Origin: Alphaproteobacteria bacterium | Lineage (GTDB): Bacteria > Pseudomonadota > Alphaproteobacteria > UBA7985 > JAUIBT01 | Reading direction: 5' to 3' | Length of the DNA: 64,000 nucleotides | Assembly: GCA_030428255.1 (NCBI GenBank) | Contig: JAUIBT010000008.1 | Location: forward strand, 26,794 to 90,793 | Shown here: positions 17,941 through 27,974 of the stretch, in pieces | Layout of the letters: every line of letters starts with the position of its first letter | Numbering within the stretch: the first letter of the stretch is position 1 | Notes under the pieces: model-generated | What the model was told of the DNA's origin: nothing | Databases searched by the model: none | The model's input: only the letters and a program-made list of their open reading frames with translations | Program-made: the position numbers and the translations under genes

Positions 17941-19575
17941 ATGGCGTTTGTTGAGACCCTGATTGTTGGTGCCGGCCTGGCCGGTCTGCGCTCGCTCTAT
18001 GCGCTGCGCGAACAAGGCGTGTCGGCGACGGTGCTGGAAGCTTCGGATGAAATTGGCGGTGTTTGGAACCACAACCGCTACCCCGGCGCGCGCTGTGACG
18101 TGGAGAGCTTCGACTATTCGTTCAGCTTCTCCTCAGAGCTGGAACAGGAATGGCGCTGGAGCGAGCGCTATCCCACTCAGCCCGAGATTTTGCGCTACAT
18201 CAACCATGTCGCAGACCGCTTTGATTTGCGCCGCCATGTTGAGCTGAATGCGCGTGTAGAAGAAGCTGCCTACGACGAACAACAAGCGCTCTGGTCTGTT
18301 GTGACCAGCGACGGCCGCCGCTGGACCGCCAAGGTTCTCATGCTCTGCTTGGGTCAGTTATCGGCGCCCAAAACCCCCGCCTATCCTGGTCAAGACAGCT
18401 TCGCGGGCCAGATTATCGTGAGCGCCACTTGGCCGCGTGAGGCCATAGACTTTAGCGGCAAGCGCGTTGGCATCATCGGCACCGGCTCTTCGGGCATGCA
18501 GATGACCCCTGTGATCGCCGAAACCGCTGAGCATTTGACGGTTTTCCAGCGCACCGCCAACTACAGCTTGCCCGCCGCTAACGCGCCCCTGACCGACGAG
18601 GAGGACGCGCGCGTCAAAGCCAACTACGCTGAGCGGCGTGAGCAGATCCGCAACTCCCCCAGCGGCTTGGGCTTTCGTCCAGGCAAGGTGCGCACGCTGG
18701 AGGTCAGCGCCGACGAGCGCGAGGCGGCGTTGGAGAAATCCTATCACCGGCTGGGCTTTGGCTTCGCCTTGACCTTCCCTGATATTCTGCTGGACGAAGA
18801 GGCCAACGCCGTCGCAAGCGAATTCCTGCGCCGAAAAATGGGCGAGCGCATTGCAGACCCTGCGCTGCGCGAAAAGCTGGTGCCCAATGATCACGGCTTT
18901 GGCACCCGCCGCCCGTCGGTTGATGGCGGCTATTTCGAGGCTTTCGCACGCGACAACGTCGATCTGGCGGACATCCGCGAGCATCCCATCCGTGAGTTCA
19001 CTCCCGAAGGCATTCGCACCGATGTGGGCCTGCATCCGCTGGATATCGTGATTTTCGCCACCGGCTTTGACGCCATTACCGGCGCGTTGCTCAAGCCGCG
19101 CATCGTGGGGCGCGACGGTCAAACGCTGGCCGAAAAATGGGCCGATGGGCCTTTGACCCAGCTTGGTCTGGCAACCGCAGGCTTCCCGAACATGGTGATG
19201 GTGGCGGGGCCGGGCAGTCCTTCGGTGCTGTCAAATGTCATCGTGTCGATTGAAGAGCAGGCGGACTGGTATGCGGCCATGATCGCCAAGCTGAAGGCCG
19301 ATGGCATCGCCGAGTTCGAAGCAACTGAGGCAGCCGAGCGGGCCTGGACCGACTACGTGCAACAACGCGCCAAAGAGACGCTCTATATGAAGACCAACAG
19401 CTTCTATAACGGCGGCGAGGTGGCGGGTAAACCACGGGTTTTCATGCCCTATTCGGGCGGTGTGCGGCACTATCGCTTGCAACTGCAACAGTGCGCAGCG
19501 GACGACTACGCGGGCTTCGAGCTGCGCAGCGCGCCCGCCGCTCAGCAGGCAACAAAGCAGGCCGAACATGCCTAG
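17941..19575 (+). CDS. Type I Baeyer-Villiger monooxygenase (cyclohexanone monooxygenase family)
   Basis: GAGLAG, GGVWNHNRYPGARCD, GTGSSG, FATGFD; fingerprint reads FAGQIIVSATWP. Confidence 0.9.
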   Translation: MAFVETLIVGAGLAGLRSLYALREQGVSATVLEASDEIGGVWNHNRYPGARCDVESFDYSFSFSSELEQEWRWSERYPTQPEILRYINHVADRFDLRRHVELNARVEEAAYDEQQALWSVVTSDGRRWTAKVLMLCLGQLSAPKTPAYPGQDSFAGQIIVSATWPREAIDFSGKRVGIIGTGSSGMQMTPVIAETAEHLTVFQRTANYSLPAANAPLTDEEDARVKANYAERREQIRNSPSGLGFRPGKVRTLEVSADEREAALEKSYHRLGFGFALTFPDILLDEEANAVASEFLRRKMGERIADPALREKLVPNDHGFGTRRPSVDGGYFEAFARDNVDLADIREHPIREFTPEGIRTDVGLHPLDIVIFATGFDAITGALLKPRIVGRDGQTLAEKWADGPLTQLGLATAGFPNMVMVAGPGSPSVLSNVIVSIEEQADWYAAMIAKLKADGIAEFEATEAAERAWTDYVQQRAKETLYMKTNSFYNGGEVAGKPRVFMPYSGGVRHYRLQLQQCAADDYAGFELRSAPAAQQATKQAEHA

Positions 19576-20458
19576 GCCAGCCGCAACAGGCCGCGCAGGC
19601 GTCGGCGTGGTCGGTGCGGGCACCATGGGGGCCGGTATCGCCTATGTCTTTGCCATGGCGGACTTCCCGGTCTTCTTGGTCGAGCCTCAGGCAGCCAGCC
19701 TGGCCCGCGCCACAGCCAACCTGGAGGAGGCCGCCGCTGCCGCTGTCTCCCGCAGCAAGATGAGCGCTGATCAAGCCAGGTCACGCTTGGCGGGCATTAC
19801 GTCCGTGGCCGACGCCAAGGGCCTGCCGCTAGGCCTGGATTTGGTGGTCGAAACCGTGCCCGAACGCCTGGCGCTCAAGCAACAGGTTTTGGCGCAGGTG
19901 GCCGACCGGGCGCCTGGCCTGATCGCCAGCAACACCAGCGCTCTGTCGATTGATGCGCTGGCCGACGCGGTAAACGATCCCGCGCGCTTTTTGGGCATGC
20001 ATTTTTTCAACCCGGTTTGGTCGCTGAAGTTGGTCGAGCTGGTGCGCGGTGCCAAGACCAGCGATAAGGCGATTGCAGACGCTCAAGGCTTCGTCGAGGC
20101 TATCGGCAAGGTCAGCGCGCTTGTAACGGATACGCCCGGATTTGCCACCAGCCGTCTGGACCTGGTGCAGGCTTTGGAAGCGATTCGCATGGTCGAAGAT
20201 GGGGTCGCAAGCCCCGCTGACATCGACCGGGCGGTGATGACGGCCTACCGCCACCCGATTGGACCGCTGCGGCTCAGCGACATGGTGGGCTTAGACGTGC
20301 GCTTGGATATTGCGCGGCAGTTGTCGGGCAGCCTTGGGGCGCACTTCGCCCCGCCAAAGCTGCTGCAAGACATGGTTGCGCGCGGCGAGCTTGGACAAAA
20401 AAGCGGCAAAGGCTTCTATGACTGGAGCGCCGAAATCAACACCCAGAAACAGGGATAA
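19568..20458 (+). CDS. 3-hydroxyacyl-CoA dehydrogenase
   Basis: GAGTMGAGIA, ASNTS, GMHFFNP, GQKSGKGFY. Confidence 0.92.
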   Translation: MPRPAATGRAGVGVVGAGTMGAGIAYVFAMADFPVFLVEPQAASLARATANLEEAAAAAVSRSKMSADQARSRLAGITSVADAKGLPLGLDLVVETVPERLALKQQVLAQVADRAPGLIASNTSALSIDALADAVNDPARFLGMHFFNPVWSLKLVELVRGAKTSDKAIADAQGFVEAIGKVSALVTDTPGFATSRLDLVQALEAIRMVEDGVASPADIDRAVMTAYRHPIGPLRLSDMVGLDVRLDIARQLSGSLGAHFAPPKLLQDMVARGELGQKSGKGFYDWSAEINTQKQG

Positions 20459-20467
20459 GCGGCTGAT

Positions 20468-21643
20468 ATGGCAAGCGTTTTCAATTCATCTTTGGTCGAT
20501 ACCGCTGAACATCACGCCATGCTGCGCGAAAGCGTGGGCAAGGTTGCTGGCAGCTTTGGCCGCAAATACTTTCAGGACGTGACCAAGCGGAAGGCCAAGC
20601 CGGTTGAGCTGTGGGATGCGCTGGCCGAAGCGGGCTTCATTGGCGCGCATATCGATGAAGAATTCGGCGGATCTGGTGGCGGCCTGGCCGACTACAACAT
20701 CATCGTCGAAGAAGTGGCCGCGCAGGGCTGCCCGATCCTGTCGCTGGTGATTGGCTCCATCTGTGCACCGATCATCCAGAGCCACGCCAGCGAAGCCATG
20801 AAAGCTGACTGGCTGCCCGGCTTGGCCAGCGGCAAGAAGCGCCTGGCCTTTGCGATTACCGAGCCCAATGCGGGATCGAACACCCACAACGTTTCGACGA
20901 TCGCGCGCAAAGATGGCGACGGCTGGCTGCTGACCGGCAACAAATACTGGACCTCAGCGGTTGACGAGGTTGACGCCATCATGGTTGTGGCGCGCGGGGA
21001 AGAGCTGGACGAGCGCGGGCGCGGCCAACTCTCGCTGTTCTTGGTGCCGACCGACGCGCCGGGGATCAGTAAGACGCCGATTGAAACCGCGCTGTACGTA
21101 CCCGAGACCAGCTTTATGCTGTATTTTGATAACGTGCAGGTACCGCGCGAGGCGCTGGTCGGCATCGAAGGTCAAGGCCTCAAGCACCTGTTCGCGGGCC
21201 TCAATCCAGAGCGGATTTGCGCCTCGGCCATCAACAACGGAATTGCCCGCTATGCGCTGGAAAAAGCGGCAATTCAGGCCGGGGAGCGCAGTGTATGGGG
21301 CGTGCCAATCGGCAGCCATCAGGGCGTATCCCACCCTTTGGCTGCGGCTTATGTTGGCGTGCAGCAGGCGCGCTTGATGACCGCGCGCGCAGCCGAGCTT
21401 TACGACCAGGGCTCGCCGGAATCAGGCGAGGTTTCCAATATGGCAAAGTTTGCGGCAGCCGATTCTTCGCTGGTGGCCTTGGATCAGGCGATCCAGGTGC
21501 ACGGCGGCAACGGCATGGCGCTGGAATACGGCTTGGCCGACCTCTGGTTCATCGCGCGCTTACACAAGACCGCGCCGGTCAGCCGGGAAATGGTCTTGAA
21601 CTACTTTGCACAGCACTCTTTGGGGCTACCAAAGAGCTACTAG
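20468..21643 (+). CDS. Acyl-CoA dehydrogenase
   Basis: FAITEPNAGSN, GNKYWTS, GLNPERI, AIQVHGGNG. Confidence 0.92.
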   Translation: MASVFNSSLVDTAEHHAMLRESVGKVAGSFGRKYFQDVTKRKAKPVELWDALAEAGFIGAHIDEEFGGSGGGLADYNIIVEEVAAQGCPILSLVIGSICAPIIQSHASEAMKADWLPGLASGKKRLAFAITEPNAGSNTHNVSTIARKDGDGWLLTGNKYWTSAVDEVDAIMVVARGEELDERGRGQLSLFLVPTDAPGISKTPIETALYVPETSFMLYFDNVQVPREALVGIEGQGLKHLFAGLNPERICASAINNGIARYALEKAAIQAGERSVWGVPIGSHQGVSHPLAAAYVGVQQARLMTARAAELYDQGSPESGEVSNMAKFAAADSSLVALDQAIQVHGGNGMALEYGLADLWFIARLHKTAPVSREMVLNYFAQHSLGLPKSY

Positions 21644-21769
21644 AGAGCTTCGTGGTGGTGCGAGAGCATTGCTCTCTAACCACATGAAATCGCGCTTAAA
21701 TTCGCCAAGGCAGGTCGGAATACCTGTGCGGATAAAGCGCTAAGACAGCGACCGAGGAGGAGGGGTCTT

Positions 21770-23284
21770 ATGTCTGATACGTTCGCCAGCATTTTGCGCC
21801 GCCACGCGCAGGAACGCCCGGATGCGCCCGCCTTGACCTTTGCGGGGCGCACCCAAAGCTTTGCTGATCTGCACGCGGCCAGTACACGCTTGGCGAACCT
21901 GTTTGCCGCCAAGGGCATTGGGGCCGGGGATCGGGTGGCGGTCTTGTCCAAGAACCGCGCCGAATTCTTCCAAGCCATATTTGCCGCCAATATGATCGGC
22001 GCGAGCCTAGTCTGCTTAAATTGGCGTTTGTCTCAGCGCGAGATTGGCGAAATCCTGCGCGATGCGGAGGCGTCACTGTTGCTGGTTGATGAACAGGGGG
22101 CGGGCCTGTTGGAGAACGGCTTTGATCTTTGCTCCGTTCTGGCTTTTGGCGCTGACTTCGACCAGGCTTGCGCAGCGCAATCAGAACGGGATTCAGGCTA
22201 TGTCGCTGGTCCGCAAGATATCGCGCTCATCCTCTACACCTCTGGCACCACGGGGCTGCCCAAAGGGGTCATGCTGACCAATCAGGGCATGTCCTACACC
22301 GCAGAGTTGGCCAAAGCCTGGGGCATGAGTGCGTCCAGTGTCAACTTGGTGGCCATGCCGTTGTTTCACATCGGCGGCTGTGGTTACGGCAGCAGCACCA
22401 TGCTGGCGGGCGGTCATACAGTGTTGATGGCGGATGTGGACATCGACGTGATTATAGACCTGATCCCGCGCTATGCGGTGACCCATACCTTCATGGTGCC
22501 TGCTGTCGTGCAGGCTCTGCTGAACGCGCCCCGGGTGGATAAGGCCGACATGAGCAGCCTGGAGCTGTTGATGTATGGCGCCTCACCCATGGGCGATGTC
22601 ATGCTGCGCCGCGCAATTGAAACGCTTGGCTGCAACTTTATGCACGCTTATGGCATGACCGAAAGCTCTGGCACTGTGGTGTGTCTGGGCCCCGAATGGC
22701 ACCTGCCTGACGGCCCCGCGAGCCACCTGCTGAAGTCCTGCGGCAAGGCCCTGCCTTGGGTCGAGCTGAAGGTGGTGGACCCCGTGAGCGGCAAGGACCG
22801 TCCAGCGGGCGAGGTCGGCGAGCTGTGGCTGCGCAGCCCTATGCTGATGCAGGGCTATTGGCGCAATCCGGTGGCAACCGCCGAGGCCTTGGTCGATGGC
22901 GGCTGGTTCCGCTCAGGTGATGCGGCCTACCTGGATGAGCAGGGGCACGTTTTCTTGTTCGACCGCTACAAAGACATGATCATTTCCGGCGGCGAAAACA
23001 TCTACCCCGCCGAGATTGAAAACGTGCTGAACGGCCACCCGGCCGTGGCCCAAGTCGGCGTGATCGGCGTTGCGCACGACCGCTGGGGCGAGACGCCCTT
23101 GGCGGTGGTGGTGCTGCGCGACGGCCAGACCGCCACCGAGGCCGAGCTGATCGCCTACACACGCGCCGACTTGGCGCATTACAAATGCCCAACGCGGGTT
23201 GTCTTTGCGGACGCTCTGCCGCGCAACGCCTCTGGCAAGCTGTTGAAGCCTGCAATGCGTCGCCTGTACGGGGAAAAGCCATGA
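21770..23284 (+). CDS. Acyl-CoA synthetase (long-chain fatty acid-CoA ligase family)
   Basis: YTSGTTGLPKG, AYGMTE, GWFRSGD, DMIISGGENIYPAEIE, PRNASGK. Confidence 0.93.
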   Translation: MSDTFASILRRHAQERPDAPALTFAGRTQSFADLHAASTRLANLFAAKGIGAGDRVAVLSKNRAEFFQAIFAANMIGASLVCLNWRLSQREIGEILRDAEASLLLVDEQGAGLLENGFDLCSVLAFGADFDQACAAQSERDSGYVAGPQDIALILYTSGTTGLPKGVMLTNQGMSYTAELAKAWGMSASSVNLVAMPLFHIGGCGYGSSTMLAGGHTVLMADVDIDVIIDLIPRYAVTHTFMVPAVVQALLNAPRVDKADMSSLELLMYGASPMGDVMLRRAIETLGCNFMHAYGMTESSGTVVCLGPEWHLPDGPASHLLKSCGKALPWVELKVVDPVSGKDRPAGEVGELWLRSPMLMQGYWRNPVATAEALVDGGWFRSGDAAYLDEQGHVFLFDRYKDMIISGGENIYPAEIENVLNGHPAVAQVGVIGVAHDRWGETPLAVVVLRDGQTATEAELIAYTRADLAHYKCPTRVVFADALPRNASGKLLKPAMRRLYGEKP

Positions 23285-24069
23285 GCACGGCCCCCTCCAC
23301 AGCTCTGCCGCTGTTGCGGCGCTGGGTGGTGGATTACTTCAACGCCCATGATGCGGATGCCGCGCGCAGCTTCATTGCGCCAGACTACGCGCTGTCCATT
23401 GGTGATGTCGTCTTTGCCGGGCGCGACGAGTCTTGGCTACCCGCGGTGGACCAGCAGATGACGGCTTTCCCGGGCCTGGGCATGACGGTGCACCAAACGC
23501 TCTGCGGTGCGGACTGGGCGGCGGTCTGGTTCAGCGAGCACGGTATGAGCAACGGTTGTGCGGCGGCCTGGTCGGGCGTCGGCATCTATCGCAGCGATGG
23601 GCAGGTTTTGACCGGCTGCGTGGCGCAAGAGGACTACATGACCCGCCGTCGCCAGTTGAAATCGGGCGTTAGCGATGCGGTTGACCCGCCAGCGGTTGCG
23701 CCCTGGGACACCAAGCCAGGCACGCGCAGCCCGGAAGCAGAAGCAACGGTCTTGGCCTGGCTTGAACATGGCTGGCCCTGCGCTGAGACCGCCGTGCGCT
23801 GTGACGACGACTACATCACGGGGACGCCGTTGCGGTTCGGGGTGTCTGGGACCCAGGTTGGGGAGCTGCTGTCGTCCGGCGATCTGGTGGCCTTTAACGT
23901 GCGGCAAACGGGACGGTATCACGATGGACTCCCAGCCCCTGCGCAGGGGCCGCGCGCCGAGACGTTGGACTGCAACGGCATTGTGCGCGTTACAGGCGGT
24001 CATGTGGTCGAAGGCCGGGTGATCCGTGACCGCATGGGGCTTTGGAGCCGTTTGAGGAGCGCGGCATGA
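23281..24069 (+). CDS. NTF2/SnoaL-like (ester cyclase-like) protein, probably two tandem domains
   Basis: VVDYFNAHDADAARSFIAPDY...AFPGL...WFSEHG pattern; translationally coupled (ATGA) on both sides. Confidence 0.6.
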   Translation: MSTAPSTALPLLRRWVVDYFNAHDADAARSFIAPDYALSIGDVVFAGRDESWLPAVDQQMTAFPGLGMTVHQTLCGADWAAVWFSEHGMSNGCAAAWSGVGIYRSDGQVLTGCVAQEDYMTRRRQLKSGVSDAVDPPAVAPWDTKPGTRSPEAEATVLAWLEHGWPCAETAVRCDDDYITGTPLRFGVSGTQVGELLSSGDLVAFNVRQTGRYHDGLPAPAQGPRAETLDCNGIVRVTGGHVVEGRVIRDRMGLWSRLRSAA

Positions 24070-24857
24070 GCCAGACGCCCCAAACCCAAACCGATGCACC
24101 AAAAGTCATGCTGAGCCGCGACGGTGCTGTGCTGGTGGTGACCATCAATCGCCCTCAGCGCCGCAATGCCATCGACCGCGAGACCTCAGAGGCCTTAGCC
24201 GCGGCTCTGGATCTGTTGGACGCGGACGCGGGTCTGTCGGTGGCGATCCTGACCGGCGCGGGCGAGCATTTTTGCGCTGGTATGGACCTGAAAGCCTTTG
24301 TGGCGGGTGAGCGGGTCGAGCTGCCTGGGCGGGGTCTGGCGGGCCTCACCCAGCGCCCGCCGCGCAAGCCCCTGATTGCGGCGGTTGAAGGTTACGCTCT
24401 GGCGGGTGGGTTCGAAATTGCGCTGGCCTGCGATCTGATCGTGGCCTCGCAAAGCGCGCAGTTCGGCCTGCCCGAAGCCAAGCGCGGCTTGATTGCGGGC
24501 TCTGGTGGCCTGGTGCGCTTGCCCGAGCGCATGCCGCGCCAGATCGCCATGGAGTGCGTGCTAACCGGGCGCACGATCGACGCCAAGGAGGCCGAGCGCT
24601 GGGGCTTGTTGAACCGGCTGTGTGCGCCGGGCGAGGCGCTGGCGACCGCCAAGTCTCTGGCGCAGGACATCGCGCAAAACGCGCCCCTTTCGCTGATCGC
24701 CAGTAAAGACATCGTTGCCCATGCGGGCCGCTGGTCAGAGGCCGATCTGTGGCCGCGCCAGAACGAAATTCTTGAGAGGATCATCGCCTCTGAAGATGCG
24801 CGCGAGGGCGCTGTTGCCTTCGCGGAGAAACGAGCACCGGTCTGGAGAGGTCGGTAA
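24066..24857 (+). CDS. Enoyl-CoA hydratase/crotonase
   Basis: FCAGMDLK, ALAGGFEIALACD, FGLPE, AFAEKR. Confidence 0.93.
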   Translation: MSQTPQTQTDAPKVMLSRDGAVLVVTINRPQRRNAIDRETSEALAAALDLLDADAGLSVAILTGAGEHFCAGMDLKAFVAGERVELPGRGLAGLTQRPPRKPLIAAVEGYALAGGFEIALACDLIVASQSAQFGLPEAKRGLIAGSGGLVRLPERMPRQIAMECVLTGRTIDAKEAERWGLLNRLCAPGEALATAKSLAQDIAQNAPLSLIASKDIVAHAGRWSEADLWPRQNEILERIIASEDAREGAVAFAEKRAPVWRGR

Positions 24858-24918
24858 AGGCCGCCAGGCTGCTCAGGACATACCCGTGTCATCCCGACAC
24901 GTGGAGGAGGAAAGAACC

Positions 24919-26046
24919 ATGAAAGTGAAACACATTCTTCGCACCACTTGTGCGGCAGCAGCGCTTGCGCTGGTCGCCGCTAGCGCTCACGCCCGTGACG
25001 TCAAAATCGTCGTTGGTGTTCCCCCTGGAAGCGGCGCGCACTACGGCGTTGACGCCTTTTCAGCGGACCTGGCCGCGCGCACCGATGGCGAACTGAAGGT
25101 TCGCGTCTACCCCGCCTCCTTGCTGAACCTGGTTCAGACCTTTGGCGGTATCAAAGATGGCGTCGTTAACGGCGGTTATCTGGTGCTGAACTACTTCCCT
25201 TCAGAGCTGCCCGAGGCCATGTTGCCGATCGAGCTGGCCATGCTGGGCAAAAACCCCTTCGCCATGGCTGGCGCGATGAGCGAATACATCCTGACCTGTG
25301 AGCCCTGCGTCGCTGAGCGCCTGGCCAACAATCAAGTGCCACTGGGCAATGCGTCAACCGGTTCCTATGCGATCATCGGCACCAAGCCCATGACCAACAA
25401 GGCCGAACTGGCTGGCAAGAAAATCCGCGCTGCGGGTGGATCTTGGACCCGCTGGGCCGCCGCTATGGGTGCGGTTGGCGTCAGCCTGCCGGGTAACGAA
25501 ATCTTCGAAGCCATGTCGCAAGGCACAATCGACGGTGCCTTCAACGCACCGTCAGAGCTGAGCTCCATCCGCTTGATCGACGTTGCCAGCGATGTCACCG
25601 TCAACATGCCGGGCGGCACCGTACACGGCTTGGACGTGATGAGCGTCAACCGTGACTTCTGGAAGTCGCTCAGCACTGAGCAGCGCCGCGCCTATATGGA
25701 TGCCGCCGCGTTGGGCAACGCTGCAACGACCTGGAAGTTCGCCAATGACGTGGCTGAGAACCTGAAGCTGGCCAAGGAAAAGGGCATCAATGTCCACCAA
25801 GCTTCGGCCGACATGGCGTCTTTGTCGGACGAGGCGATTGCTGCCGATTTGGCAAATATTGCTAAGATCGCCACAGAAACCCACGGCATCCAGGACGCCG
25901 AGGCCAAGATCCAGCGCTTCCGCGATTTGGTCGCCAAGTGGGAAGGCTTGCTGCCCATGGACCGTGACTGGAGCGCCGAAGCGGTGGCCGACGTCTATCG
26001 CGCTGAGATCTTCTCTAAGATCGACGCGGCGTCTTACGGCCTCTAA
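24919..26046 (+). CDS. dctP: TRAP transporter substrate-binding protein
   Basis: Signal peptide, LAGKKIRA, EIFEAMSQGTIDG; followed by small and large permeases. Confidence 0.88.
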   Translation: MKVKHILRTTCAAAALALVAASAHARDVKIVVGVPPGSGAHYGVDAFSADLAARTDGELKVRVYPASLLNLVQTFGGIKDGVVNGGYLVLNYFPSELPEAMLPIELAMLGKNPFAMAGAMSEYILTCEPCVAERLANNQVPLGNASTGSYAIIGTKPMTNKAELAGKKIRAAGGSWTRWAAAMGAVGVSLPGNEIFEAMSQGTIDGAFNAPSELSSIRLIDVASDVTVNMPGGTVHGLDVMSVNRDFWKSLSTEQRRAYMDAAALGNAATTWKFANDVAENLKLAKEKGINVHQASADMASLSDEAIAADLANIAKIATETHGIQDAEAKIQRFRDLVAKWEGLLPMDRDWSAEAVADVYRAEIFSKIDAASYGL

Positions 26047-26073
26047 GCGAGGCTGGCTCAAAAAGGAGGGCCT

Positions 26074-26649
26074 GTGACCATGATACGAAACCGGGCAGCG
26101 CGCCTTGTCTGTCTCTTGGACCGGGCCCTGAACATCATCGCCGCCCTTGGGTTGGTGGCGATGATGCTTCACATCAGTTTGGATATTCTCTCCAGCCTGA
26201 TCTTCAATGCGCCAATCGCCATCACGTCGGCGATTGTCACCAATTACTACATGATCGCGGTGGCCTTTCTGCCGATTTTGGCAGCAGAGTACCGCGGCAG
26301 CCATATCAGCGTTCGCTTGGCCACAGACCGCCTGCCAGCGCGCCTGCGGCGGCTGGTTGAGCTGCTGGTGATGGTCATGACCGCAGGGGTCTATGGGCTC
26401 TTGACCCTGCAATCCTGGCAGCAGGCCATGGAAAAGTTAGAGATTTCGGCTTTTGTGATCGAGCAAACCAGCAAGATTTATGTCTGGCCGTCCTATTTCA
26501 TGCTGCCGCTGGCCTTTGGCGCCATGACCCTGTTGCTGGCGCTCAAGGTGCTGGCGCGGGTGCTCACTGGCAGCGACGCCGCGCTGGGTGAGCCAAGCCT
26601 CAACGCCGAGGCGCATCTGGCCGCGACCTTGGAGGTGGATCATGACTGA
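26074..26649 (+). CDS. dctQ: TRAP transporter small permease
   Basis: Four TM segments, HISV motif, position in operon. Confidence 0.85.
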   Translation: MTMIRNRAARLVCLLDRALNIIAALGLVAMMLHISLDILSSLIFNAPIAITSAIVTNYYMIAVAFLPILAAEYRGSHISVRLATDRLPARLRRLVELLVMVMTAGVYGLLTLQSWQQAMEKLEISAFVIEQTSKIYVWPSYFMLPLAFGAMTLLLALKVLARVLTGSDAALGEPSLNAEAHLAATLEVDHD

Positions 26650-27946
26650 CGCAGGCATCGGTTTGCTGGGCATCTTGGCGCTGTTGGTGCTGATTGCCGC
26701 CAACATGCACATCGGGATCGCCTTGATCCTGGTCTCCTATGTGGGTTTGGTCGCCTTGGTTGGCAGCCAGGCCGCTTGGGGCATGCTTGAGGTGGTGCCC
26801 TACACCTTCATTTCGAACTGGACCCTGTCGTCGGTGCCCATGTTCGTCTTTATGGGCTACATTTGCTTTAAGGCCGACTTGACCCGCGGCTTGTTCGACG
26901 CCGCCCGCCTGTGGCTGGCGCGCTTGCCCGGCGGATTGGCAATCGCCTCGATCTTTGGCTGTTCGGGCTTTGCAGCAGTTACCGGCTCCAGCGTTGCTTG
27001 TGCGGCGGCCATGGGCAAGGTCGCGGTGCCAGAGATGTTGCGCCACGGCTATAACGCGCAACTGGCCACGGGCACGGTCGCAGCCGCCGGTACGATAGGG
27101 GCTCTGATCCCGCCCAGCATTTTGTTGATTGTGTTTGGCGTGGTCGCTCAGGTCTCGATCAACGACCTGTTTTTGGGCGGGATTGGCGCAGGCATCGCAA
27201 CGGCGGTGATCTATGTCGCGGTGGTCCTGTTGCGCGTGACACTGAAGCCCTCCTTGGCACCCAGCGTCACAGAGCGCGTGTCTTGGCGCGAAAAATTCAT
27301 GGCGCTCAAAGGCGCGCTGCCGGTTATGTTGCTGATTGTCGGCGTGCTGGGCGGACTGTTCGGCGGCCTGTTTACAGCCACTCAAGCCGGAGCCGTGGGC
27401 GCGCTGTTGTCGATGGGCGTTGCGGCCTGCCAGCGCCGACTGACCTGGACGGCATTCAGCTCTGCGGTGGTGGATACCCTGGCGACCTGCGGCAGCCTGT
27501 TCATCGTTACCATTGGTGCCAGCATGCTGACGCGCTTTTTGACTATGTCCGGCGTCGGTTTCATGATCTCGGACGCTGTCGGCTGGCTTGGGGCCTCGCC
27601 GGTGCTGCTGTTGCTTGCAATTGCGCTGGTCTATCTGGTGCTGGGCATGTTCTTAGAGCCCATTGGGGCCATGCTGATTACCCTGCCTATCTTCCTGCCG
27701 CTGGTTGGCGCGGCTGATATCAGCATGATCTGGTTCGGGGTCTTCGTCGCCAAGCTGCTGGAGGTGGGCATGATCACACCGCCCATAGGCATGAACGTCT
27801 TCGTTCTCAGCACCACGGTGGGCCGTGCTGCACCCGCTGATGTGGTGTTCCGCGGCGTCATGTGGTTCTTCGTTGCTGACATTCTTTTGTTGGGGCTGCT
27901 GATCTGGCTCCCTGGCATCATCACTTTCATCCCGTCGCTGTTTTGA
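26642..27946 (+). CDS. dctM: TRAP transporter large permease
   Basis: GSSVA, GTIGALIPPS, GMITPPIGMN. Confidence 0.92.
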   Translation: MTDAGIGLLGILALLVLIAANMHIGIALILVSYVGLVALVGSQAAWGMLEVVPYTFISNWTLSSVPMFVFMGYICFKADLTRGLFDAARLWLARLPGGLAIASIFGCSGFAAVTGSSVACAAAMGKVAVPEMLRHGYNAQLATGTVAAAGTIGALIPPSILLIVFGVVAQVSINDLFLGGIGAGIATAVIYVAVVLLRVTLKPSLAPSVTERVSWREKFMALKGALPVMLLIVGVLGGLFGGLFTATQAGAVGALLSMGVAACQRRLTWTAFSSAVVDTLATCGSLFIVTIGASMLTRFLTMSGVGFMISDAVGWLGASPVLLLLAIALVYLVLGMFLEPIGAMLITLPIFLPLVGAADISMIWFGVFVAKLLEVGMITPPIGMNVFVLSTTVGRAAPADVVFRGVMWFFVADILLLGLLIWLPGIITFIPSLF

Positions 27947-27974
27947 TGGGTCTTGCTGAAAAGGAGCTCTTTAG

